This document shows, one piece after another, positions 1 to 11,800 of a stretch of 41,115 nucleotides of DNA; the first letter of the stretch is position 1, and each line of letters starts with the position of its first letter. The notes below the pieces were generated by a model. That model was not told where the DNA came from and searched no databases. It was given only the letters and a program-made list of their open reading frames with translations. Source of the DNA: a bacterium (GTDB taxonomy: Bacteria > SAR324 > NAC60-12); assembly GCA_965233585.1 (NCBI GenBank), contig CBDDTI010000260.1:1-41115 (forward strand), in the 5' to 3' direction. A program made the translations under genes and the position numbers.

Positions 1-3000
1 TTTAATTCCCCAAAAATCTCCCCGAAAATCAATTAGTTCGTTAAAGTTCAGTATAATAATTAATTCCCCAAAAAGCTCCCCGAAAATCAATTAGTTCGTA
101 AAGTTCAGTAAAATTAATTCCCCAAAAAGCTCCCCGAAAATCAATTAGTTCGTAAAGTTCAGTAAAATTAATTCCCCAAAAAGCTCCCCGAAAATCAATT
201 AGTTCGTAAAGTTCAGTAAATTAATTCCCCAAAAAGCTCCCCGAAAATCAATTAGTTCGTAAAGTTCAGTAAAATGAATTCCCCAAAAAGCTCCCCGAAA
301 ATCAATTAGTTCGTAAAGTTCAGAAAAATACATTCCCCAAAAAGCTCCCCGAAAATCAATTACTTCGTAAAGTTCAGTGAAAATATGTAAAAATTAATTC
401 CCCGAAAAGCTCCCCGAAAATCAATTAGTTCGTAAAGTTCAGTAAAATGAATTCCCCAAAAAGCTCCCCGAAAATCAATTAGTTCGTAAAGTTCAGTAGA
501 ATTAATTCCCCAAAAAGCTCCCCAAAACCTCCCCGAAAATCAATTAGTTCGTAAAGTTCAGTAAGATTAATTCCCCAAAAAGCTCCCCGAAAATCAATTA
601 GTTCGTAAAGCTCAGTAAAATTAATTCCCCAAAAAGCTCCCCGAAAATCAATTAGTTCGTTAAGTTTAGTAAAAATATGTAAAAATTAATTCCCCAAAAA
701 GCTCCCCGAAAATCAATTAGTTCGTAAAGTTCAGTAAAATTAAGTCCCCAAAAAGCTCCCCGAAAATCAATTAGTTCGTAAAGTTCAGTACAATTAATTC
801 CCCAAAAAGCTCCCCGAAAATCAATTAGTTCGTAAAGTTCAGTAAAATTAATTCCCCAAAAAGCTCCCCGAAAATCAATTAGTTCGTAAAGTTCAGTAAA
901 ATGAATTCCCCAAAAAGCTCCCCGAAAATCAATTAGTTCATAAAGTTCAGTAAAATTAATTCCCCAAAAAGCTCCCCGAAAATCAATTAGTTCGTAAAGC
1001 TCAGTAAAATTAATTTCCCAAAAAGCTCCCCGAAAATCAATTAGTTCGTAAAGTTCAGTAAAATTCCCCAGAAAGCTCCCCGAAAATCAATTAGTTCGTA
1101 AAGTTCAGTAAAATTAATTCCCCAAAAAGCTCCCCGAAAATCAATTAGTTCGTAAAGTTCAGTAATAATTAATTCCCCAAAAAGCTCCCCGAAAATCAAT
1201 TAGCTCGTAAAGTTCAATAAAATTAATTCCCCAAAAAGCTCCCCGAAAATCAATTAGTTCGTAAAGTTCAGTAAAATTAATTCCCCAAAAAGCTCCCCGA
1301 AAATCAATTAGTTCGTAAAGTTCAGTAAAATTAATTCCCCAAAAAGCTCCCCGAAAATCAATTAGTTCGTAAAGTTCAGTAAAATGAATTCCCCAAAAAG
1401 CTCCCCGGAAATCAATTAGTTCGTAAAGTTCAATAAAATTAATTCACCAAAAAGCTCCCCGAAAATCAATTAGTTCGTAAAGTTCAGTAAAATTAATTCC
1501 CCAAAAAGCTCCCGGAAAATCAATTAGTTCGTAAAGTTCAGTAAAATTAATTCCCCAAAAAGCTCCCCGAAAATCATTAGTTCGTAAAGTTCAGTAAAAT
1601 TAATTCCCCGAAAAGCTCCCCGAAAATCAATTAGTTCGTAAAGTTCAGTAAAATTAATTCCCAAAAAGCTCCCCGAAAATCAATTAGTTCGTAAAGTTCA
1701 GTAATAATTAATTCCCCAAAAAGCACCGAAAATCAATTAGTTCGTAAAGTTCAGTAAAATTAATTCCCTAAAAAGCTCCCCGAAAATCAATTAGTTCGTA
1801 AAGTTCAGAAAAATTAATTCCCCGAAAAGCTCCCCGAAAATCAATTAGTTCGTAAAGTTCAGTAAAATTAATTCCCCAAAAAGCTCCCCGAAAATCAATT
1901 AGTTCGTAAAGTTCAGTAAAATTAATTCCCCGAAAAGCTCCCCGAAAATCAATTAGTTCGTAAAGTTCAGTAAAATGAATTTCCCAAAAAGCTCCCCGAA
2001 AATCAATTAGTTCATAAAGTTCAGTAAAATTAATTCCCCAAAAAGCTCCCCGAAAATCAATTAGTTCGTAAAGTTCAGTAAAATTAATTCCCCAAAAAGC
2101 TCCCCGAAAATCAATTAGTTCGTAAAGTTCAGTAAAATTAATTCCCCAAAAAGCTCCCCGAAAATCAATTAGTTCGTAAAGTTCAGTAAAATTAATTCCC
2201 CAAAAAGCTCCCCGAAAATCAATTAGTTCGTAAAGTTCAGTAAAATTAATTCCCCAAAAAGCTCCCCGAAAATCAATTAGTTTGTAAAGTTCAGTAAAAT
2301 TAATTCCCCGAAAAGCTCCCCGAAAATCAATTAGTTCGTAAAGTTCAGTAAAATTAATTCCCCAAAAAGCTCCCCGAAAATCAATTAGTTCGTAAAGCTC
2401 AGTAAAATGAATTCCCCAAAAAGCTCCCCGAAAATCAATTAGTTCGTAAAGTTCAGTAAAATTAATTCCCCAAAAAGCTCCCCGAAAATCAATTAGTTCG
2501 TAAAGCTCAGTAAAATTAATTCCCCAAAAAGCTCCCCGAAAATCAATTAGTTCGTAAAGTTCAGTAAAATGAATTCCCCAAAAAGCTCCCCGAAAATCAA
2601 TTAGTTCGTAAAGTTCAGTAAAATTAATTCCCCAAAAAGCTCCCCGAAAATCAATTAGTTCGTAAAGTTTAGTAAAATTAATTCCCCAAAAAGCTCCCCG
2701 AAAATCAATTAGTTCGTAAAGTTCAGTAAAATTAATTCCCCAAAAAGCTCCCCGAAAATCAATTAGTTCGTAAAGTTCAGTAAAATTAATTCCCCAAAAA
2801 GCTCCCCGAAAATCAATTAGTTCGTAAAGTTCAGTAAAATTAATTCCCCAAAAAGCTCCCCGAAAATCAATTAGTTCGTAAAGTTCAGTAGAATTAATTC
2901 CCCAAAAAGTTCCCCGAAAATCAATTAGTTCGTAAAGTTCAGTAAAATTACTTCCCCAAAAAGCTCTTCGTAAAGTTTAGTAAAATTAATTCCCCAAAAA

Positions 3001-6000
3001 GCTTCCCGAAAATCAATTAGTTCGTAAAGTTCAGTAAAATGAATTCCCCAAAAAGCTCCCCGAAAATCAATTAGTTCGTAAAGTTCAGTAAAATTAATTC
3101 CCCAAAAAGCTCCCCGAAAATCAATTAGTTCGTAAAGTTCAGTAAAATTAATTCCCCAAAAAGCTCCCCGAAAATCAATTAGTTCGTAAAGTTCAGTAAA
3201 ATGAATTCCCCAAAAAGCTCCCCGAAAATCAATTAGTTCGTTAAGTAAAATTAATTCCCCAAAAAGCTCCCCGAAAATCAATTAGTTCGTTCAGTAAAAT
3301 TAATTCCCCAAAAAGCTCCCCGAAAATCAATTAGTTCGTAAAGTTCAGTAAAATGAATTCCCAGAAAAGCTCCCCGAAAATCAATTAGTTCGTAAAGTTC
3401 AGTAAAATTAATTCCCCAAAAAGCTCCCCGAAAATCAATTAGTTCGTAAAGTTCAGTAAAATTAATTCCCCAAAAAGCTCCCCGAAAATCAATTAGTTCG
3501 TAAAGTTCAGTAAAATTAATTCCGCAAAAAGCTCCCCGAAAATCAATTAGTTCGTAAAGTTCAGTAAAATTAATTCCCCAAAAAGCTCCCCGAAAATCAA
3601 TTAGTTCGTAAAGTTCAGTAAAATTAATTCCCCAAAAAGCTCCCCGAAAATCAATTAGTTCGTAAAGTTCAGTAAAATTAATTCCCCAAAAAGCTCCCCG
3701 AAAATCAATTAGTTCGTAGAGTTCAGTAAAATTCCCCAGAAAGCTCCCCGAAAATCAATTAGTTCGTAAAGTTCAGTAAAATTAATTCCCCAAAAAGCTC
3801 CCCGAAAATCAATTAGTTCGTAAAGTTCAGTAAAATTAATTCCCCAAAAAGCTCCCCGAAAATCAATTAGTTCGTAAAGTCGTAAAGTTCAGTAAAATTA
3901 ATTCCCCAAAAAGCTCCCCGAAAATCAATTAGTTCGTAAAGTTCAGTAAAATTAATTCCCCAAAAAGCTCCCCGAAAATCAATTAGTTCGTAAAGTTCAG
4001 TAAAATTAATTCCCCAAAAAGCTCCCCGAAAATCAATTAGTTTGTAAAGTTCAGTAAAATTAATTCCCCGAAAAGCTCCCCGAAAATCAATTAGTTCGTA
4101 AAGTTCAGTAAAATTAATTCCCCAAAAAGCTCCCCGAAAATCAATTAGTTCGTAAAGCTCAGTAAAATTAATTCCCCAAAAAGCTCCCCGAAAATCAATT
4201 AGTTCGTAAAGTTCAGTAAAATGAATTCCCCAAAAAGCTCCCCGAAAATCAATTAGTTCGTAAAGTTCAGTAAAATTAATTCCCCAAAAAGCTCCCCGAA
4301 AATCAATTAGTTTGTAAAGTTCAGTAAAATTAATTCCCCGAAAAGCTCCCCGAAAATCAATTAGTTCGTAAAGTTCAGTAAAATTAATTCCCCAAAAAGC
4401 TCCCCGAAAATCAATTAGTTCGTAAAGCTCAGTAAAATTAATTCCCCAAAAAGCTCCCCGAAAATCAATTAGTTCGTAAAGTTCAGTAAAATGAATTCCC
4501 CAAAAAGCTCCCCGAAAATCAATTAGTTCGTAAAGTTCAGTAAAATTAATTCCCCAAAAAGCTCCCCGAAAATCAATTAGTTCGTAAAGTTCAGTAAAAT
4601 TAATTCCCCAAAAAGCTCCCCGAAAATCAATTAGTTCGTAAAGCTCAGTAAAATTAATTCCGCAAAAAGCTCCCCGAAAATCAATTAGTTCGTTAAGTAA
4701 AATTAATTCCCCAAAAAGCTCCCCGAAAATCAATTAGTTCGTAAAGTTCAGTAAAATTAATTCCCCAAAAAGCTCCCCGAAAATCAATTAGTTCGTAAAG
4801 TTCAGTAAATTAATTCCCCAAAAAGCTTCCCGAAAATCAATTAGTTCGTAAAGTTCAGTAAAATTAATTCCCCAAAAAGCTTCCCGAAAATCAATTAGTT
4901 CGTAAAGTTCAGTAAAATTAATTCCCCAAAAAGCTCCCCGAAAATCAATTAGTTCGTAAAGTTCAGTAAAATTAATTCCCCAAAAAGCTCCCCGAAAATC
5001 AATTAGTTCGTAAAGTTCAGTAAAATTAATTCCCCAAAAAGCTCCCCGAAAATCAATTAGTTCGTAAAGTCGTAAAGTTCAGTAAAATTAATTCCCCAAA
5101 AAGCTCCCCGAAAATCAATTAGTTCGTAAAGTTCAGTAAAATTAATTCCCCAAAAAGCTCCCCGAAAATCAATTAGTTCGTAAAGTTCAGTAAAATTAAT
5201 TCCCCAAAAAGCTCCCCGAAAATCAATTAGTTTGTAAAGTTCAGTAAAATTAATTCCCCGAAAAGCTCCCCGAAAATCAATTAGTTCGTAAAGTTCAGTA
5301 AAATTAATTCCCCAAAAAGCTCCCCGAAAATCAATTAGTTCGTAAAGCTCAGTAAAATTAATTCCCCAAAAAGCTCCCCGAAAATCAATTAGTTCGTAAA
5401 GTTCAGTAAAATGAATTCCCCAAAAAGCTCCCCGAAAATCAATTAGTTCGTAAAGTTCAGTAAAATTAATTCCCCAAAAAGCTCCCCGAAAATCAATTAG
5501 TTCGTAAAGTTCAGTAAAATTAATTCCCCAAAAAGCTCCCCGAAAATCAATTAGTTCGTAAAGCTCAGTAAAATTAATTCCGCAAAAAGCTCCCCGAAAA
5601 TCAATTAGTTCGTTAAGTAAAATTAATTCCCCAAAAAGCTCCCCGAAAATCAATTAGTTCGTAAAGTTCAGTAAAATTAATTCCCCAAAAAGCTCCCCGA
5701 AAATCAATTAGTTCGTAAAGTTCAGTAAATTAATTCCCCAAAAAGCTTCCCGAAAATCAATTAGTTCGTAAAGTTCAGTAAAATTAATTCCCCAAAAAGC
5801 TTCCCGAAAATCAATTAGTTCGTAAAGTTCAGTAAAATTAATTCCCCAAAAAGCTCCCCGAAAATCAATTAGTTCGTAAAGTTCAGTAAAATGAATTCCC
5901 CAAAAAGCTCCCCGAAAATCAATTAGTTTGTAAAGTTCAGTAAAATTAATTCCCCAAAAAGCTCCCTGAAAATCATTAGTTCGTAAAGTTCAGTAAAATT

Positions 6001-7050
6001 AATTCCCCGAAAAGCTCCCCGAAAATCAATTAGTTCGTAAAGTTCAGTAAAATGAATTCCCCAAAAAGCTCCCCGAAAATCAATTATAGTTCGTAAAGTT
6101 CAGTAAAATTAATTCCCCGAAAAGCTCCCCGAAAATCAATTAGTTCGTAAAGTTCAGTAAAATGAATTCCCCAAAAAGCTCCCCGAAAATCAATTAGTTC
6201 GTAAAGTTCAGTAAAATGAATTCCCCAAAAAGCTCCCCGAAAATCAATTAGTTCGTAAAGTTCAGTAAAATGAATTCCCCAAAAAGCTCCCCGAAAATCA
6301 ATTAGTTCGTAAAGTTCAGTAAATGAATTCCCCAAAAAGCTTCCCGAAAATCAATTATAGTTCGTAAAGTTCAGTAAAATTAATTCCCCGAAAAGCTCCC
6401 CGAAAATCAATTAGTTCGTAAAGTTCAGTCAAATGAATTCCCCAAAAAGCTCCCCGAAAATCAATTAGTTCGTAAAGTTCAGTAAAATGAATTCCCCAAA
6501 AAGCTCCCCGAAAATCAATTAGTTCGTAAAGTTCAGTAAATGAATTTCCCAAAAAGCTTCCCGAAAATCAATTATAGTTCGTAAAGTTCAGTAAAATTAA
6601 TTCCCCGAAAAGCTCCCCGAAAATCAATTAGTTCGTAAAGTTCAGTAAAATGAATTCCCCAAAAAGCTCCCCGAAAATCAATTAGTTCGTAAATTTAGTA
6701 AAATGAATTCCCCAAAAAGCTCCCCGAAAATCAATTAGTTCGTAAAGTTCAGTAAAATTAATTCCCCGAAAAGCTCCCCGAAAATCAATTAGTTCGTAAA
6801 GTTCAGTAAAATGAATTCCCCAAAAAGCTCCCCGAAAATCAATTAGTTCGTAAAGTTCAGTAAAATTACTTCCCCAAAAAGCTCCCCGAAAATCAATTAG
6901 TTCGTAAAGTTCAGTAAAATGAATTCCCCAAAAAGCTTCCCGAAAATCAATTAGTTCGTAAAGTTCAGTAAAATGAATTCCCCAAAAAGCTCCCCGAAAA
7001 TCAATTAGTTCGTAAAGTTCAGTAAAATTAATTCCCCAAAAAGCTCCCCG
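1..7050. repeat. 54-bp tandem satellite, ~130 copies, truncated by the window start
   Basis: Consensus unit AAAATCAATTAGTTCGTAAAGTTCAGTAAAATTAATTCCCCAAAAAGCTCCCCG (54 nt) repeats head-to-tail with no spacers. The 18-aa periodicity of the ORFs at 2925-6552 confirms the period. One degenerate terminal unit runs 7051-~7100. Confidence 0.98.
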
Positions 7051-7129
7051 TTCTTAAAGCTCTGTAAAATAATTCCCCAAAAAGCTAACCAAAAATCAGT
7101 CAACGCCTTCGATCCCACACTCCTGAAGC

Positions 7130-7164
7130 CTGGCACAGGTCCGTTCCCAGTGTCCAGAGCGGGC
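7130..7164 (-). CDS. Candidate short exon (ARSGHWERTCA), possibly a downstream exon of the PPR gene
   Basis: Boundaries are cag|G and CAG|gc on the minus strand. The peptide loosely resembles the PPR segment 'ARxGxWE'. It is not linked by phase to the other exons. Confidence 0.3.
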
Positions 7165-7560
7165 CTGACTGTGTCCCGCCACGGCATCTTGTGTGCCAAA
7201 ATGTGTTGGTGTCCTGAAACTGGGGACCCAAATGGTGATTTTTTTGACGGAAACCCATGTTGGAGACTCGCCCATTCTTGAACAGACCTGAGACCTGGGA
7301 ATGGCTAGAATCATTGACGCCCCTTTTTTGGAGTGATCAAACGGCAAAATCATCATTTGATGGTTTCGTCAGCTTGTTTGGGACTGGAAACTGCCTGAGA
7401 AAATACTGCGCAGAAAAAGTTACACCTAAGAATTTCCTACACTGTTTTTTTTGGACAGGAGGTGTTGTCCTGGGAGCTGTTTCCATCAGTCTCGATTGCC
7501 GCCCTTGTGTTGCAAATTTGCGACTTGAAGAAATTTACGAAAAAAGTTGAAGCATGTGTG

Positions 7561-7905
7561 TATATATAATATAATATCATATAATATAATATAATATAAT
7601 AGAATATAATATAATATACTATAATGTAATATAATATAATATAATGTAATATAATATAATATAACATAACACAACATAACACAACATAATATAATATAAC
7701 ATGATATTATATTATATTATGTTATATTATGTTATGTTATATTATATCATGTTATGTTATGTTATATTGTATTATATTATATTATGTTATGTTATATCAT
7801 ATCATATTATATGATATCATATCATATCATATTATATGATATTATATTATATCACATCATATTATATTATATTATATTATATTATTTTATATTATTTTAT
7901 ATATA
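7561..7905. repeat. AT-rich pentamer microsatellite that inverts in the middle: (ATAAT)n then (ATTAT)n
   Basis: 7561-7700 reads ataatataatataac..., 7704-7905 reads attatattatgttat...; the orientation switches at ~7700-7703. Confidence 0.9.
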
Positions 7906-8861
7906 CGAATATGAATGTATGTACAATACGGGTATGTATGATGTGTGTGTATATATATATACGTATACATATATACAGAGATCCAGACAAATCGAAAATA
8001 GTCTTGAAAAAATAACAAAGACTGGCAAATCCAACGAAGCCCAACCCCGAAAACAAATGTGCGTGTCTCCTTCGACCATAATATAGTTAGGCCAGGCTTT
8101 CTTCGGGTGATTTGGGGCGATCTAGAGTGATCCCATGTTGGGTTTGGGCTTTTGTTGGCTCTCAAATAGGGCCGTACATCTTGATGTATCAATTGCAAAG
8201 GATACTCAGATACCACGACAGAAAGACCATGGATCCAGAGTCCAGGGCTTCACCATGGAGCACCAGCATTTTTAACAGGCCAGGAGCACCATGCCCATCA
8301 AGGCAGCGCGAGAGCCTGTTAGACTTGGGATCCTTTTCCAGCAAATGTTCTGGACTTTTCCAATCGATTCATGGGGATTCTTAAATAGATAAATCAGCCA
8401 GTAAAAAAATGGTGGTTGAACCAACAAAATTGTTGGGAATTGAAACTGAGAAAAACTTGAGTATGTCAGCAACACATGGGAAGTATCAAAAGGAAAATGA
8501 AGCTGAAACTATGGCTTCAGCCATTTCTGGGGTGTTAACTCAGGACCCTCAGATCGGCTGTGAACAGCCTCTTCCGCTTCGCAACATGTTCACAGCCGTT
8601 TCCAAAGCACAGTGAATTGATGTGAATTGCGGATGTCGGCGAGAGATAATTTTGTCAAGTTGATTTGATGGCCATGTCTGGTACATGGGCTATCGTCAAA
8701 ATAAAGACAATATCCTGGTTCAATTTTTCCCTCCAGCTTGACGTTATCATCATTTATGGAGGGTACAACAACAAAATGCAATGCGGCGGAATTGATAGTA
8801 AATAACCATAAATAACCATGAAGTTCCAGCAAACTTTCTCAGGACCGGGGACTCCGGGGAC

Positions 8862-11800
8862 CCAACAGATCTGGAAGCTTCGCGAGCTTCGAGACGCGAG
8901 CTTCGAGACAAGTGTCTCCTAGACGGCTGGAAGTGGATGAAACTTGTCCCACTCGCCAAGTTTGCAAAAAAATCACCTAAGTGTGGCTGGGTATGATATA
9001 GATCTGATATAGATCTGTTGATGATCTGTTTATGTTAATGTACGATGATGTACGTAGCTATTCATGGATGGATGCATGCGTGCATGCATGAATGTGGATG
9101 TATGTGTGGATGTATGTATATATATATATACAGGGTATATGGTGTATTATAGTATATAGACATATGTATGACCCCGTCAACATGTCCAAAAACCACATTC
9201 TCATCTTGGAAGTACAACAGATCTGATCCAAACCCTAGATTTTCTGAAACTTGCCCAGTAGCTTTTGTCAGGACCCACATCAGCAAGAAGGGACAGGAAA
9301 AGTAGTTGTGATCAATCAGCAGGTCTTTCACAATGGGATCCTGAAAAAAAGTTCTTCAAGGTTTCAAGAAATTCTATCTAACTTAAAAAACAAATCCGCA
9401 TAGTCAAAATGACGCTTCAATCACAATTTTACCTATATCAAATTTGCTATAAATTGGGGATATGGCAGTGTGTCAAAACCTTGTACCCCTGTAGTTCACA
9501 TCAAAATAGCTGGGATTTATGGATGTTCGTCCCCCTAACAAATGGTATTAATAGGTTAATAGGTATTGATCCATACCCATATCACCCATGTTCAATCACC
9601 CATGTTCTCCTGCGCCCACTGCCACTGCGACCCGGAGCTGCAGCAGGTGATGATGGCGCCACAAAGAACCAAGGACTGTGGCCAGCTCAGCAGCTGTAAG
9701 GCGTGAAGCCAAAAAGAACCTGCCAAGTAATCCCTGATCGATGGGAAACTGTGAAAAATGACATTCTTATGGTGAAAAATAGAGAGATTGTCAGCTTGCA
9801 ACCCTGAAAAAAGATTCTGGAAAGCATTTCTTTTGGCCGCACGTATAGAGCTTCGTGGGATATATCCTTTTCCTTCGAAAACCTGTAGCCACTGAATCGA
9901 TTGCATGGTTTGTACGATGTACATGCTGGCATATGGGTGTTTCTCAACCTTGGGGTGCTCCAAACCAGTGGTTATCTTGGGCCACCCGCTATGGTGGAGT
10001 TGGCACCAGTCCCCCAGGTGGCACCTTTGCCATTCATGTTTCAACCCCCTACTTTATCTTTGTCACTTCAATCCCTGAAAAAAAACACACCAGCACCCCG
10101 CCATCCCATCTCCCCATATGAAAACTCATCAGCCCAACTGCCACCATCTTCCACCCAGCAACACCTCGTTCATAGCTGCAGGCGAGGCTTCCCCGGGTCA
10201 CCACATCTGCTTGGAGGCCTCGAGTTGACGCGGACGTCCCCAAGTGAAGCGCTTGACGCCATCGACTGCCTCAGGATGAAAAAGGACATCAAAGCTCGGG
10301 GAAATCTGCAACCAAAAAGAAAGGTGAGATGTTGGCCAACTTTGGGATATGACCCAGAAATCACCACCAAAGAGCGAAGAACCTTATCCACAAGTACTGG
10401 GGTTCGCGTCAAAGATTCAGAGTTTACCCGCAATTATTGGGTATATTATCCACAAACATGGGCACTTTGCCAATTTTTGTAAATGTTGGAAATCGGTTTG
10501 GATCTTATGCATGGCGAAGAAATACTCCCAGTATTATTTGGTCAATGTGGGAACAAAACAAGAAAATCCCACAATACTGGAGATGATGTGTATATATGTG
10601 GTCATTGGCCCCACATGGGCCACCCGTTAGCTTTGCTGGGGGGCAATGGCCTTCATATAGTGTGATAATATGAAAAGATAAACTTTACAATAACACACAA
10701 ATAGCGGTAAAATGTAGTGGTACGAATGAAAAAAAAACATGTAATTACATGAGAACAATGTGCTCATATCATGAAACTGCCCAAAACCTAAATGACAGCC
10801 AAATTTTGGCCTTAGATCTCTGCAAACTCAAACTGAAAAACTGAAACTTGTGGGGACATGGGACACAGTCCGATTCTTCAACAGATTTCAGTTTTTGAGT
10901 TCTTCAATCTTTCACTTTTGCAGTTCCTTGACCATCGGGTAAGGTTTACTATTCTGCCCCGATCTAGCGAGGCACCCCGATCCCCGGAATCTTCGCCCGG
11001 GCAAGAGAGGCAAAAAAAGAAACTTCGGGAATTTTGAAAGACAGACTGCTCTCATTGACTGTGCAGAAGACCCGCTCATATTTTTTTAAAAGGGATATTC
11101 AATTCAACATATGCAAAAACAATTGTAAAGGGCAACACGCTTTAGCGAAAGATTGCAGCCTTATTTGAAAATAGAACCCTCTTGCGTACACACGATTTTT
11201 CACAAGATGTTTTTCTTGTGGTATTCCTTGAAGAACATGTGGTGCAAGGGAGTGGAATACCTCCTGCAAAAAGTGCAGCTTCTCTTTGAAATGAGTGCAA
11301 TGTTCTTTGAATACGATGGGACCATATATTTCAAAATAGAATCCTCCTATGTATAAAATATAGTGCCTTTCAAAGGAATGTTCTATTCATTGGCATTCCT
11401 TGAAGAATGTGTGGCATTAGTTTGCGCAATATCCCCTGTCGGACTTTCGGATGAGCGAAGCAATTGATTGAAAGGTGTGCAACATTCCTCTAAAGAAGTG
11501 AAGCCTTTCCTTCAAAGAAACAATTGCCGTTCCAACAAAACAGTACAGTTCGTTACATCTTTTCAGAAGAGTAAGGGTTGCACCCTACTGGAATTGCCTA
11601 TCTCCTTTTTCAAACGTACACCATATCTGCGCAGGTTTAATAATCTATATACATGTCCTTCACATTTTTCCCTATCCACACCAAGTCATGCAGAATATGT
11701 ATATATATATATACCTGTCTATCTATATATATATAAGAAACTACTAGTACATAGAATATAGAATTGAAAAAAAAATACGTTTTAGGGCATCTTCAGGAAT

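Noticed and set aside
2925..6552. ORFs encoding (FRGAFWGINFTELYELID)n
   Set aside because: A 54-bp unit that is stop-free in one frame gives these automatically. The starts are non-ATG and the frames are broken at random by indel variants.
1..7050. CRISPR array
   Set aside because: Units abut with no unique spacers, no cas genes are present, and the context is eukaryotic.
1..7085. Telomeric C4A4 repeats
   Set aside because: CCCCAAAA occurs only as a submotif within a 54-mer and never in tandem. No TTTAGGG or TTAGGG arrays are present.
7437..8086. Tyr/Ile-rich ORFs
   Set aside because: These are translations of the ATAAT/ATTAT microsatellite.
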